From the IMG/VR virus record IMGVR_UViG_3300032282_004797, positions 1 to 55,939 of that record: 55,939 nucleotides of DNA; one strand, given 5' to 3'. Shown one piece after another: positions 30,414 to 40,983 of this stretch (the stretch's first letter is position 1; every line of letters starts with the position of its first letter). Under the pieces are notes generated by a model that did no database searches, had not been told where the DNA came from, and saw nothing but the letters and a program-made list of their open reading frames with translations. This DNA comes from a virus (Duplodnaviria; Caudoviricetes). Made by a program: the position numbers and the translations under genes.

Positions 30414-31787
30414 ATGGGCATATACAGAACATATTTTGATAAAAACAATACTATCGTTAGAGGTAATGAAGTAAACACTGGTAGAAATCAAGTGTCAGAA
30501 CTATATTTTGGTAACCTGGTCAGTAGATTTTTGTTTTATTGCTCATTTGATGAGATTAGAAATCTTGCAGATTCTGGTGTTATCAATTTAAATGGTGACG
30601 TAAAACATATATTAACAATTAAAAATACAAGTAATTTTGATATTAAAGATATTTTAACCATCGATAATAATTTAATGTTTGGTGATTATTACAGGCCAAC
30701 ATCTTTTGATGTTGAGTTGCACCCAGTTAATGAATTATGGGATGAGGGTAATGGTTATGATTTTGCAAATGGTATTCATGCTTTTCCTCAAAATATTGAA
30801 TATGTTGTGGCCCCATCAAATTGGATAAAGGCAACAAACGTAACAAATTTTAACACACCTGGTGTTATAAGTGGGGGAACCCCAATTGCCGTACAACATT
30901 TAGGTTGGGGTAATGAAGATATTAAAATGGATGTCACTGACTTTGTAAATTCAATCATAAGTGGTGCAACAAGTGGTACAACTTACAATGGTTTCTGTTT
31001 AAAATACTCAGATGCTATTGAAGCTTTAACGTTCCCAGATAATAGGGTTTGTGCTCTTGGTTTATTTACTAGGCACACACAGACATTTTTTGAACCGTAT
31101 ATTGAAACAATATATGATGACCATATTGATGATGAAAGAATTACATTCTATTTAGGTAAAGAAAACAAACTATTCTTTTATTCGGTTATTAACGGTAAAT
31201 TAGAAAATCTAGATCAGTTACCAACTTGTACAATTAATGGTACTGGGTATACTGTTAACCAAAAAACAAAAGGTGTTTATTATGTAAGCGTTGATGGTGA
31301 TGAGTCAATATTTACCAGTTACACGGAATATAACGATATTTGGAGTGATATTTACTATAATGGTAAAGCTAGACCTGATATTAAATTAAGATTTGTACCA
31401 ATTGATGCGGACAAATACTTTAATTTTAATATAGACGCTTTGGATGACACCAGATACGGTTTATCTTTGAGTGGTATAAAGGTTGGTGAAGGTTTGCAAC
31501 AAGGTGAGCAAAGAAAGGTTAATATTCTTTTAAGAAAACCATACACTGTTTCTGAATACTATGTGAGTAATAGTGTTTATTATAAACTATATGTGAAACA
31601 AGGACCAGCTGTTATTGATATTTTTGATTGGCAGTTAGCGAACAAAGCGTTAAATAATAACTATTTTACAATAGATACAACTTGGATGGTGCCGCAAAGA
31701 TATTTCGTTGACATCAAGGTTGAAACTAACGGTGAAACAACATTATATAGTAATGAGTTACATTTTGATATTGTAAATAAAGCGTAA
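30414..31787 (+). CDS. putative virion structural protein
   Basis: 457 aa, beta-rich (WDEGNGYD, MDVTDFV, TFFEPYIE). TATTTAT at 30403-30409. Confidence 0.55.
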   Translation: MGIYRTYFDKNNTIVRGNEVNTGRNQVSELYFGNLVSRFLFYCSFDEIRNLADSGVINLNGDVKHILTIKNTSNFDIKDILTIDNNLMFGDYYRPTSFDVELHPVNELWDEGNGYDFANGIHAFPQNIEYVVAPSNWIKATNVTNFNTPGVISGGTPIAVQHLGWGNEDIKMDVTDFVNSIISGATSGTTYNGFCLKYSDAIEALTFPDNRVCALGLFTRHTQTFFEPYIETIYDDHIDDERITFYLGKENKLFFYSVINGKLENLDQLPTCTINGTGYTVNQKTKGVYYVSVDGDESIFTSYTEYNDIWSDIYYNGKARPDIKLRFVPIDADKYFNFNIDALDDTRYGLSLSGIKVGEGLQQGEQRKVNILLRKPYTVSEYYVSNSVYYKLYVKQGPAVIDIFDWQLANKALNNNYFTIDTTWMVPQRYFVDIKVETNGETTLYSNELHFDIVNKA

Positions 31788-31790
31788 TAT

Positions 31791-32195
31791 ATGTATTTAA
31801 TTTATATAAACCCACTTAATAAAAATTTTAAAGGCCAGTACACCTATGAGTTTATCTTTACAAAACGTTTAGATAATGTTGAGTATGGTGATGACTGGGA
31901 CGTTCAACCAGCATCAAGTGGATTACCAACCCCACCAAATGTTAGACAAATTGAATCAATAGGTATGTTAAAATCAGATGATATTGAATTGGATTTGGCT
32001 ATGAACTCAGATACATTTTCAATGTATGATTGTGTTGAAGGTATTATCGCACTTGGTTGGGAATCAGAATCACCTGAAATTGACGATAGACTTGTTTTTA
32101 GATATGGTGAGACTATTGAATCAATAAAAGAAAAAATATACAGTAGAGATAAACTACTAACAATAATAAATAAAGAAGAAATCGATAAATTCTAA
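31791..32195 (+). CDS. hypothetical protein
   Basis: 134-aa ORF. Confidence 0.65.
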   Translation: MYLIYINPLNKNFKGQYTYEFIFTKRLDNVEYGDDWDVQPASSGLPTPPNVRQIESIGMLKSDDIELDLAMNSDTFSMYDCVEGIIALGWESESPEIDDRLVFRYGETIESIKEKIYSRDKLLTIINKEEIDKF

Positions 32196-33019
32196 TGGAA
32201 AATACAGAAACAAATTATGATGATGTGATCGCTAAAGCGGTTACGGATCCAGAAGGTACAATGCAAAGTTTAGATAACGCAAAAAATACGTTACAACAAC
32301 TTTCAGATAAAGTAAATCAAGTAAAAGCTACTGCTGGTGTACAGGATACAAACAGTGGTATGCAAACAGAAGATGATTCAGGTAGTCAATGGTCTTTTGA
32401 GGATACCATTGATGAATTAATGTCTAAATTTTCAGGTTATACATATTACGATTTACCATGGTCTAAGAGAAATACGATTAAAAGTAGTAGTAATAGGTAT
32501 AATATTGATGATGAATCTGGTACAGTTAAAGCAAATGCTTCTGAAGATGATGTTATTGAATACGCTAATACTGTTTATCACTATGATATGGCTGATAATG
32601 AAGCTGAAGAGTTTAAAACGTTTGAGGACGCTAAAAACGCTTTAGAAAATGAAGGTCATTTTAAGGTTATTAATGTAGCCGACACAAAACAAATTAGTTT
32701 GTTCCCAATTGAAAAAAAGAAAGAGGTTGCTGAACCAGAAAATACTGTTATCAGTAAAATGGATGATGCGGCTTATCAAGATTTTCTCAATAAATTTAGA
32801 AACCCTTACACCAAAGTTCAAATTAGCCAAACGGTTGATTTACTAAGAGCTGATAAACAAAAAGAAGCTTATTCAAAATTAAGAAGGTTATTAGATAGTT
32901 TAAGAGAAAATAAAGAAAATTTGGTTAATTCAGAAACATTTCGTATTATTGCAGAGTCAGAAAAACCAAAATTGACCAAATCGGACATTTTGGAATTTGT
33001 TAAACAACGTAAAAAATAA
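32195..33019 (+). CDS. acidic hypothetical protein
   Basis: 274-aa coupled ORF. Confidence 0.65.
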   Translation: MENTETNYDDVIAKAVTDPEGTMQSLDNAKNTLQQLSDKVNQVKATAGVQDTNSGMQTEDDSGSQWSFEDTIDELMSKFSGYTYYDLPWSKRNTIKSSSNRYNIDDESGTVKANASEDDVIEYANTVYHYDMADNEAEEFKTFEDAKNALENEGHFKVINVADTKQISLFPIEKKKEVAEPENTVISKMDDAAYQDFLNKFRNPYTKVQISQTVDLLRADKQKEAYSKLRRLLDSLRENKENLVNSETFRIIAESEKPKLTKSDILEFVKQRKK

Positions 33020-33028
33020 ATTTTAAAT

Positions 33029-33157
33029 ATGAAAAATAACCAAGAAAATCCAACACAGACACCTGTTGAAACACCAGTAAAAACACCTAGTCCAGTTAAA
33101 AATCCGTCAAAAATTGACGTACCAAAACCAAAGGTTAATCCAAAACCAAAAGCATAA
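33029..33157 (+). CDS. 42-aa Pro/Lys-rich microprotein (not in ORF track)
   Basis: MKNNQENPTQTPVETPVKTPSPVKNPSKIDVPKPKVNPKPKA fills the intergenic gap after an A-rich start. Confidence 0.55.
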   Translation: MKNNQENPTQTPVETPVKTPSPVKNPSKIDVPKPKVNPKPKA

Positions 33158-33160
33158 AAA

Positions 33161-33192
33161 TTTGGTTGTTTAAAAACTTTTACCTATATTTG
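33161..33192 (+). promoter_or_regulatory. Bacteroidota-type promoter
   Basis: TTTG at 33161-33164, 20-nt spacer, TATATTTG at 33185-33192. Confidence 0.65.
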
Positions 33193-33223
33193 CCTTGTTA
33201 ATAATAAACAAGGCATTTTTTTT
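33191..33223 (+). terminator. Rho-independent terminator overlapping the promoter
   Basis: TGCCTTGTT-N7-AACAAGGCA then T8, immediately before the ATG at 33224. Confidence 0.7.
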
Positions 33224-34363
33224 ATGAGAAAATCAGGACTACAATTGGGTGATTACCCAAACTACATCGCTAAATCAACTGTTGGTAAATTATCCAATAG
33301 AACGCACCCATTGGCTAAAATGCCATACTACGACCAGTCAACTCACCCAGAAATGTGGAGAGAAGAAGCTATAGCATCTGAACGCTATAAAGAGCTGGTT
33401 GATTCCTACTGTAACACATTTGGGTTGTACGATAAATCCCAATTAAATCCAATGGAAGTTATGATGTGTGCTGGTTCTGCCAATTATATCGCAGTTAATA
33501 AAGAAAGCGGTAAAAGACCAACATTATGCAATTTAGCTGAAAAAATTATCAGAGAAGAATGGTTCCTTGGTAAAGATGAAGTTATTTTTGACCTTGAGAT
33601 ATTGGAACCAGGTAATATCAAATTACCTGAAAATATGAGTATGCACCCACCTTTGACTGAAGAGGAAAAAGAGGAGATTGAAAATGAAATGGAAGACGAG
33701 ATTGTTAAAAGAAGAACTATTAATGCCCTTGCACAAGGTGCTTCATTAAGAGGTCATTATTTATTCCATTTGTATCGTACTGAAATTGAGCAAATTGTAC
33801 CTAATATTACAGGTTATTACCAAAAAGCTTTAATTGCAAATGACTTATTTTACTATTTGATTAGCGATGAAATGTTTCAACAACAAATTGAAGCCGATGA
33901 TTCTAATAATGCGGGTTACGTTAAGCTTGACTTTAGCGGAGATGTACCTAAAATTATAGCAAAAGCGATTAATTTGCCAATATTAATTCACGAAATGATA
34001 AAAGGTATTATTTCTTTATTATCTGTAGTTGGTTTACCAGAAGAAGATGCTGATAAAGTAATTGACTATACTGATACTATCGTTGCTGAATTGTGGGATA
34101 TTCGTTTATTTCCCGTTGTATGGGCTAATTTCCACGCTTTGATTGATGAAGAAGATTATGACATTAAAAAATTAATCTTAATGGATCTATTTAAAAGAGA
34201 TACCGAAGATTTTATTAATTTCATGTCATTGTTAGAACATCGACCTGATTACGCTAAAAAAGAAATAAAAGACATTGTCAAAGAAAAAAGAATGGAAATT
34301 ATGGAATATAATTTTATTAAAGATGACCTTGATAATCTTGATTTAAGCGATTTAGGACTATAA
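33224..34363 (+). CDS. hypothetical protein
   Basis: 379 aa with KRRTINALAQGA and PILIHEMIKG segments. Confidence 0.7.
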   Translation: MRKSGLQLGDYPNYIAKSTVGKLSNRTHPLAKMPYYDQSTHPEMWREEAIASERYKELVDSYCNTFGLYDKSQLNPMEVMMCAGSANYIAVNKESGKRPTLCNLAEKIIREEWFLGKDEVIFDLEILEPGNIKLPENMSMHPPLTEEEKEEIENEMEDEIVKRRTINALAQGASLRGHYLFHLYRTEIEQIVPNITGYYQKALIANDLFYYLISDEMFQQQIEADDSNNAGYVKLDFSGDVPKIIAKAINLPILIHEMIKGIISLLSVVGLPEEDADKVIDYTDTIVAELWDIRLFPVVWANFHALIDEEDYDIKKLILMDLFKRDTEDFINFMSLLEHRPDYAKKEIKDIVKEKRMEIMEYNFIKDDLDNLDLSDLGL

Positions 34364-34391
34364 TAAACTATTTATATGGAAACAATAGGCT

Positions 34392-36203
34392 TTGTCGAAA
34401 CAAATTACAGATAAAAAAGAGTTACTATTAGAGTATGCAAAATGCTCTCAAGATTTTTGTTATGTCATAGAAAGTTATTTTGAGACTTTTGATAAAACCA
34501 GAGAGGGTTATGTCCCTTTTGAACTTTTTGATGGTCAAAAAAAACTTGTTGCTAATTATAAAAAACATAGATTTAATCTAGTTTTAAAATATCGCCAGGC
34601 TGGTATCTCAACGGTTACAGCTGCGTATTCCGCTGTACTTACAGCTTTTGCTAGTCCAGATAGACCTGAAAAAGTTTTGATCCTTGCAAATAAACAGGAA
34701 ACAGCAATTGAGTTCCAGAACAAAATCATTAACTTTATTAAACAATTACCTGATTGGGTAAATGTTTCGTTTGATAAATCATCACAAAAACACGTTAGAT
34801 TATCTAACGGTTCCGAAATTAAAGCCGTTGCTACATCCCAGGATGCCCTGCGTGGTTATACACCAACTGTTTTGTTAATTGATGAAGCCGCTTTCGTTGA
34901 AGGTGGTCAAGAGTTATGGACAGCGTGTTTGGCCTCAATTGGTACTGGTGGTAAGGCTGTATTAATTTCAACCCCTAATGGGTTAGATCCAATTTATTAC
35001 GCTTCATATGAAGGTGCTATCAAAGGTGATAACAGTTTCTGTGTTACACACTTAAAATGGTGGCAAGATCCACGATTCAACAAAGATTTACGTTTAATTA
35101 AAACTAAAGATATTGTTGATTGGATTCAAAAACCAGCATCTGAAAAAGATGAAGATATTATTGAATCGGTTATTGATTTACACCTAGATGTTATAAATAA
35201 ATTTATTACTGAAGGGTATAAACCACACTCCACATGGTATGAAAACATGTGTAGGGATATGAACTTTAATAAACGTATGATCAACCAAGAGTTGGAATGC
35301 GCCTTTATTGGTTCTGGTGATAACGTTATTGAGGGTGAGGTTATTAGAAAACAAGAACAAGAAAATGTCATCGAACCAATTGTTAAAGACAAAGCCTGGG
35401 ATAGTAATTTATGGATATGGAAATTACCTGAAAAGGGTCATAGATATATCTTAGCACTTGACGTATCTCGTGGTGATTCTGAGGATGCTACTGGTTTGTG
35501 TATTATTGATTATGATACGTTTGAACAAGTATTGGAATATCATGGTAAAGTCCCACCAGATGTAGCCGCATTAATTGTGGATCAATACGGTAGGATGTAT
35601 GATGCCCTATCAACATTTGATATCACAGGTGGTATGGGTATAGCGTCAACACAAAAACTTAAAGAATTAAATTACCCTAAAAAACTATTACACTACGATA
35701 AAGAGGGTGATAATAACAGCATGTATTTTATACCAGATGAAAACTCAATCCCAGGTATAAATTTTGCATCAAAAAATAGAAGAAGTCAAATTGTGGCTGC
35801 TTTAGAAGAAGCTGTTGCCAGAGGTGGTTTTAAGATCAGAAGTGAGAGGTTAACAGCTGAGTTAAAAAAATTCGTTTATAAGAACGGTAAACCAGACCAT
35901 ATGAAAGGTTCACATGATGATCTTATTATGGCCCTTGGTATGTGTTTATTTGTGGCAAACACATCATTTAAAAGATTACAAGAATCAGATAACATGACCA
36001 GAGCTATGTTAGATAGTTGGAAGATAACAACTAATAACGTAAAAACGGATGCGGACTATTTATTAAGAGATGTAACTAGCTCACCAAACCCAGATAAATC
36101 GTATTATAATTCGGATGAATTTGCTACAAATAATAATATGATGAACACAAAGGAATTTGGTTGGTTATTTGGTGTAATGAAACCTAAAAATAAAAATAAT
36201 TAA
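34392..36203 (+). CDS. terL: terminase large subunit (T4 gp17-like)
   Basis: KYRQAGIST (Walker A), LLIDEAAF (Walker B), ISTPNG, QELECAF, LDVSRG, HDDLIMA. TTG start, TATTTAT at 34369-34375. Confidence 0.93.
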   Translation: MSKQITDKKELLLEYAKCSQDFCYVIESYFETFDKTREGYVPFELFDGQKKLVANYKKHRFNLVLKYRQAGISTVTAAYSAVLTAFASPDRPEKVLILANKQETAIEFQNKIINFIKQLPDWVNVSFDKSSQKHVRLSNGSEIKAVATSQDALRGYTPTVLLIDEAAFVEGGQELWTACLASIGTGGKAVLISTPNGLDPIYYASYEGAIKGDNSFCVTHLKWWQDPRFNKDLRLIKTKDIVDWIQKPASEKDEDIIESVIDLHLDVINKFITEGYKPHSTWYENMCRDMNFNKRMINQELECAFIGSGDNVIEGEVIRKQEQENVIEPIVKDKAWDSNLWIWKLPEKGHRYILALDVSRGDSEDATGLCIIDYDTFEQVLEYHGKVPPDVAALIVDQYGRMYDALSTFDITGGMGIASTQKLKELNYPKKLLHYDKEGDNNSMYFIPDENSIPGINFASKNRRSQIVAALEEAVARGGFKIRSERLTAELKKFVYKNGKPDHMKGSHDDLIMALGMCLFVANTSFKRLQESDNMTRAMLDSWKITTNNVKTDADYLLRDVTSSPNPDKSYYNSDEFATNNNMMNTKEFGWLFGVMKPKNKNN

Positions 36204-36217
36204 AACAATTAAACAAA

Positions 36218-36457
36218 ATGGCAAATGTAATTAAACAAGGTAGAAGCAGCGGACCAGGATCAACATCAATTATTAGAACCGCTGACCCAAAAAATTTGGA
36301 TAAAAAAGATGGTAGAGCATTACAAAGAAATGTTGATGCTATCAAATGTTCACCAGAATCAGATGGTACAACAACATATGTACAAAAAAAAGAATGGGAC
36401 GAAGCTGTGGAAAATTATAAATTTCCACCTTATGTTTCATGCGAATACGTAAATTAA
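36218..36457 (+). CDS. hypothetical protein
   Basis: 79-aa ORF between terminase and portal. Confidence 0.6.
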   Translation: MANVIKQGRSSGPGSTSIIRTADPKNLDKKDGRALQRNVDAIKCSPESDGTTTYVQKKEWDEAVENYKFPPYVSCEYVN

Positions 36458-36463
36458 AAATAT

Positions 36464-38317
36464 ATGGCAGATAATAGATTAACAATATTCCAAAGATTAA
36501 ATAAGGTTCTCGGCAATGAAGTCGATGGGCCAAAATATGTCATTGACCCAAGTTCATTCAACGGGTTAAGTGGTAATGATTTGGAACAAAAAAAATTAGA
36601 GGCGCAGCAAACGCTATACTTACAAAATCAGTGGAAAAAAATTGATAACGAACTTTACCAAAAAGCCGTTTATTACGAACCAACAAGAATTGCATCATAT
36701 TATGATTATGAGGCTATGGAATATACACCAGAAATTTCTGTTGCGTTGGATATCTTTGCTGAAGAAGCTACAACAGCAAATGAAAACGGTAAAGTTTTAA
36801 CAATTTATTCTGATAGTACCAGAATCAAAAAAGAATTAACAGATTTATTTGAAAATGTGTTAGATATTAACGCTAACCTTACATCTTGGGCTAGAAACGT
36901 ATGTAAATACGGTGATAACTTTGTTTACAATAAAATTGTACCTAACCAAGGTATTATTGGTGTAACTCAGTTACCAAATATTGAGATGACCAGATCTGAA
37001 CCTGGTTTTTCAAAAGTTACAAGTTTAGGTGACCAACAAAAAGAGAAGAACATTAAATTTTTCTGGAAAGATAAAAACGTTGAATTTAATTCATTTGAAA
37101 TTTCCCACTTTAGATTACTTGGTGATGATAGAAGATTACCTTACGGTACATCAATGCTTGAAAAAGTAAGAAGAATTTGGAAACAATTATTACTATCTGA
37201 GGATGCGATGTTAGTATATCGTGTTACCAGAGCACCAGAAAGACGTGTTTACAAAGTATTCGTTGGTAACATGGATGATAAAGACGTTGATGCTTATGTT
37301 GATAAAATTGCCAATAACTTCAAAAGGGTTAATATGGTAGATAATAAGAATGGTCAACAGGATACACGTTATAACGCATTAGCTGTCGATCAGGACTATT
37401 TTATCCCTGTTAGGGATCCAAGCCTTGCAATGCCAATTGAGACGCTTCCTGGGGCTCAAAACTTATCAGAAATAGCTGACATCGAATATATCCAAAAGAA
37501 AATGTTAGCTGCTCTTAGAGTACCCAAAGCTTTTATTGGTTTTGAAGAAACTACTGGTGATGGTAAAAACTTGGCCATCCTTGACGTTCGTTTTGCGAGA
37601 GCTGTACATAGAATACAAAAAGCTCTTATTCAAGAGTTAAATAAAATGGCCATTATCCATTTATATACCAAAGGTTTTACAGATGATTTAGAAAACTTTA
37701 CGTTAACATTAACAAGCCCATCCACTCAAGCCGAAATGCTTAAAATCCAAAACTGGAAAGAGAAGGTTACGTTATATCGTGACGCTGTTTCTGACGCTGG
37801 TAACGGATTCTCAGCTATGTCAATGACTTATGCTAAGAAAGAAATCTTAAACATGAGTGATGATGAGATTAAACTTGATATCCAAAGACAAGCTGTTGAA
37901 AAAGCTGGTGGTGAAGAGCTTAAATCATTGGGTGAAACTATTAAACAAACTGGTATATTTAGAGATATCTATAAAATATACAAAATTGACCCTAATAACA
38001 TGACACTTGGTGATACTGGTGCTAGTGCTGGTGCTGCTACGACTGGTGGTGGCGGTGGTGGTATGGGTGATATGGGTAGTGGTGAAACCGCTGGTGGAAC
38101 CGATTTTACAACACCATTAGAAGTTCCAGGAGCTGAGGCTGGTGCTGAAATACCAGGCCCTGAAACAGGTGCCGAAACCCCAGAAACGGCTGCTGAATTA
38201 CCAGGCGCTGAAGAACCTTTAGCAGAAATAACCAAAAGAAAATTAGATGCTAAAAATAAGTTAATCAACGAAGCTCTTAAAAAAACAATTGATGAAATTG
38301 ATGATTTATTAGTATAA
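36464..38317 (+). CDS. portal protein (T4 gp20-like)
   Basis: EDAMLVYRVTRAPERRVY, DYFIP, IETLPGAQNL, ALRVPK. Acidic Gly/Ala/Pro-rich C-terminal tail. Confidence 0.93.
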   Translation: MADNRLTIFQRLNKVLGNEVDGPKYVIDPSSFNGLSGNDLEQKKLEAQQTLYLQNQWKKIDNELYQKAVYYEPTRIASYYDYEAMEYTPEISVALDIFAEEATTANENGKVLTIYSDSTRIKKELTDLFENVLDINANLTSWARNVCKYGDNFVYNKIVPNQGIIGVTQLPNIEMTRSEPGFSKVTSLGDQQKEKNIKFFWKDKNVEFNSFEISHFRLLGDDRRLPYGTSMLEKVRRIWKQLLLSEDAMLVYRVTRAPERRVYKVFVGNMDDKDVDAYVDKIANNFKRVNMVDNKNGQQDTRYNALAVDQDYFIPVRDPSLAMPIETLPGAQNLSEIADIEYIQKKMLAALRVPKAFIGFEETTGDGKNLAILDVRFARAVHRIQKALIQELNKMAIIHLYTKGFTDDLENFTLTLTSPSTQAEMLKIQNWKEKVTLYRDAVSDAGNGFSAMSMTYAKKEILNMSDDEIKLDIQRQAVEKAGGEELKSLGETIKQTGIFRDIYKIYKIDPNNMTLGDTGASAGAATTGGGGGGMGDMGSGETAGGTDFTTPLEVPGAEAGAEIPGPETGAETPETAAELPGAEEPLAEITKRKLDAKNKLINEALKKTIDEIDDLLV

Positions 38318-38356
38318 TAAGAAAATAACCGATATTTATATAAAAATATTAAACAG

Positions 38357-39070
38357 ATGTTTGGACAATTAAAAGAAAGTATTCTTTCAAATCTAGAAAA
38401 AACTTACCAAGAAAAAGGTGAAAAAGATTTTAAAAAGTCTTTTTCTATGTATGTTAAGGTATTAAAAGAAAATAATGTATTAAGAGAATTTAATGAGGTT
38501 TACAACTTATTAAATACAATAAAATTCGAAAACGAGGATATCGCAAAAGAGTTTGTTGAAGAGTCTATTACACATTTAAAAACTTTTGATTTAACAAAAG
38601 TTGATGCGTTAAAAACTTTAACCGAAAATATTGTTATTGTTAATAATGTGATTAATGAAAGCATAGATCAGCTTGTTTTTAACAAAAAACTATCATTGGT
38701 TGATAAAGTTAAACATAAAACAAACTTAGTTAAACATTTAACAAAAGTTGATGAGGATATTGTCTCAATAAAAGAGTCAATAGATAAAATCAATGAAAGT
38801 TTAGCCGATAAAATTTCAAAATTAAATGAAGAACAAGTTAAAGTTTTAAATTTATTTGCAGAAAATGATGAATCAGCTATTAATGGTTATTATAGCACAT
38901 TAATTGATAGTACTCAAGATATGGTTGAAAAAACCATAAATAAAGCTGACGATATTATTGTTGTTAAAAAATTATTAGAAGTTAGGTCAAAATTAAATGA
39001 AATGAAAAATCAAAAACCATCTTTAGAGGTTATTGATAATGTTCTTGACTTAAAGAAAAGTTTCGAGTAA
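38357..39070 (+). CDS. helical hypothetical protein (head assembly region)
   Basis: 237 aa. TATTTAT at 38333-38339. Confidence 0.65.
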   Translation: MFGQLKESILSNLEKTYQEKGEKDFKKSFSMYVKVLKENNVLREFNEVYNLLNTIKFENEDIAKEFVEESITHLKTFDLTKVDALKTLTENIVIVNNVINESIDQLVFNKKLSLVDKVKHKTNLVKHLTKVDEDIVSIKESIDKINESLADKISKLNEEQVKVLNLFAENDESAINGYYSTLIDSTQDMVEKTINKADDIIVVKKLLEVRSKLNEMKNQKPSLEVIDNVLDLKKSFE

Positions 39071-39092
39071 ACACACATTTAACATAAAAAGT

Positions 39093-39124
39093 AAAGCCAG
39101 GGTAGCGAATCCTGGCTTTTTTTT
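39093..39124. terminator. bidirectional terminator between convergent genes
   Basis: AAAGCCAGG-N9-CCTGGCTTT with a T run. Confidence 0.75.
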
Positions 39125-39171
39125 GTCCCATAACTGGAACGGTCCTAAAACACCGCTTATAGCGGAATATC

Positions 39172-39480
39172 TTATTTGGTTTCCTCAACCGCAGTATCCT
39201 CAGTAGCAGCTGACGCTTCAGCATTTGATTTTGCTATTGATACTTTGTGACCAGTATAGTTTTTATAACCAATTAAAGCAGCCCCAATCATAGTAAAAGC
39301 TACCGCTTGATTAATTACGTCCATATTCTTGTCAATGAACATTTTATCAACCACCCCTAATAGGAATGATAAACAGCCAATCATTACGATGATAAAGCCT
39401 GATGTTGATGTTACAGATGTTTTTCCGTCTGGGTTCGATGTCATTTCACCGAAAGACCATTTTTTGATGTCTACTTTCAT
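39172..39480 (-). CDS. two-TM membrane protein, holin-like
   Basis: GFIIVMIGCLSFLLGVV and QAVAFTMIGAALIGY helices. TATTTAT on the minus strand at 39498-39504. Confidence 0.6.
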   Translation of the reverse strand: MKVDIKKWSFGEMTSNPDGKTSVTSTSGFIIVMIGCLSFLLGVVDKMFIDKNMDVINQAVAFTMIGAALIGYKNYTGHKVSIAKSNAEASAATEDTAVEETK

Positions 39481-39585
39481 AATGTGTGTGTTTAATTATA
39501 AATATCTAAAATTTGTTTTAATGAACTTTTTTTCTTATTATTATAAGAAGAAATAATAAAATATACTAAAACATGAAAAAACAAA

Positions 39586-40035
39586 ATGCAATGCAAATTC
39601 GGGAAAGAAAAGAAACTCTTTACAGACGAGAGATTTCGAGTTAAATACGGTACAATTGATGCCGTAAAATTAAACGCTATTTATTTAAATATTGAGTCAT
39701 GGGTACAACCCAGGGAAATAGATAATTACGATTCATACATTAGATTAATGCGAAGAGAAATTATTGTTAAAATAAAAGATGGTATCGACATAACAACGTT
39801 TAATGAAAATTTCATTGTCGATCTGGATTTAAGGGCTTCAGGTATGTCATTAGATAAAAAAAGTTTTATGTTCATTGAGTTAACGGTATACCCTAAGGAA
39901 AAATTAAAATTTAATTCAACTTTAATGTTTAAAAAAATGCAAGAATTGTCTAATCTTATGATAGAATCTTTAGAGCAAAATAAACTAACCTTTTTTTCAA
40001 AAAAATCAAATGCTAGATCCAGAAGACTTATATGA
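39586..40035 (+). CDS. hypothetical protein
   Basis: 149 aa (YGTID, FIVDLDLRASG). Confidence 0.65.
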   Translation: MQCKFGKEKKLFTDERFRVKYGTIDAVKLNAIYLNIESWVQPREIDNYDSYIRLMRREIIVKIKDGIDITTFNENFIVDLDLRASGMSLDKKSFMFIELTVYPKEKLKFNSTLMFKKMQELSNLMIESLEQNKLTFFSKKSNARSRRLI

Positions 40036-40933
40036 GATGTCCGCAGAGGATGGACAAGAAATGCTTAAAGAGCATTTTGATAAAATTTACCCATCAATCG
40101 AATCTTGGTATACAATAAACAACACAGATTTCTTTTTTAACTTTAAAACTATTGCTACTGTTGAATCTGGTTTATATACTATGATATATAACGATAATAA
40201 CGGTTTTGGTGTTTCAAAATTAAATTATAAAAGCGATGAATTTTTTCATCTGCCGTCACTACCACATAATGAAATCATTGGTGATTTAATTAAGTTTTGG
40301 GATAATGTGGATAGGTTTAAAAAATATAACTTAACACCTAAAAGAGGTATTATATTACACGGGGATCCAGGTTGTGGTAAAACATCATTAATTTATCTTT
40401 TAGTTGATAAATTAAAAGAATACAACGGTCTATCAATCTATTTTGATAACCCATTTAATTGGGTTGAGTTGGCTAAACTAGTCAGAAAAGTGGAGAAAAC
40501 AAGACCATTACTTTGTGTTATTGAAGATATTGATCTTGTAATACAAAAGTTTGGTGAGGAAGTATTTTTAAATTTCTTAGATGGTTTAAACTCAATAGAT
40601 AATGTTGTTTATGTTGCAACAACGAATAATTTAGAGAAAATACCAGCTAGGATTAAAGACAGACCATCCAGATTTGATAAGAAATATAAAATAGAAAAAC
40701 CAACAGCAGAAGATAGAAAGATTTATTTTACTGAAATATTGGATGAAGAGGATAAAAAAGTATATGATATTGATAAATTAGTTAAAGATACTAATGGTTA
40801 TACCATGGCACATCTTAAAGAAACTTTTATTTCACTATATATCCTTAAAAATCCGTATGATGAGACTATTAAGCGATTAAAGAACAAAAAAATTGCTGAT
40901 GAGCGAATTGGATTTGACCTTTCTAACGATTAA
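40010..40933 (+). CDS. AAA+ ATPase
   Basis: GDPGCGKT, VIEDID, LNFLDG, ATTNN, RPSRFD. Confidence 0.9.
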   Translation: MLDPEDLYEMSAEDGQEMLKEHFDKIYPSIESWYTINNTDFFFNFKTIATVESGLYTMIYNDNNGFGVSKLNYKSDEFFHLPSLPHNEIIGDLIKFWDNVDRFKKYNLTPKRGIILHGDPGCGKTSLIYLLVDKLKEYNGLSIYFDNPFNWVELAKLVRKVEKTRPLLCVIEDIDLVIQKFGEEVFLNFLDGLNSIDNVVYVATTNNLEKIPARIKDRPSRFDKKYKIEKPTAEDRKIYFTEILDEEDKKVYDIDKLVKDTNGYTMAHLKETFISLYILKNPYDETIKRLKNKKIADERIGFDLSND

Positions 40934-40983
40934 CTCGGTATTTAACTTGTTTTCATTATATTTATGTAATATAATCTATTGAA

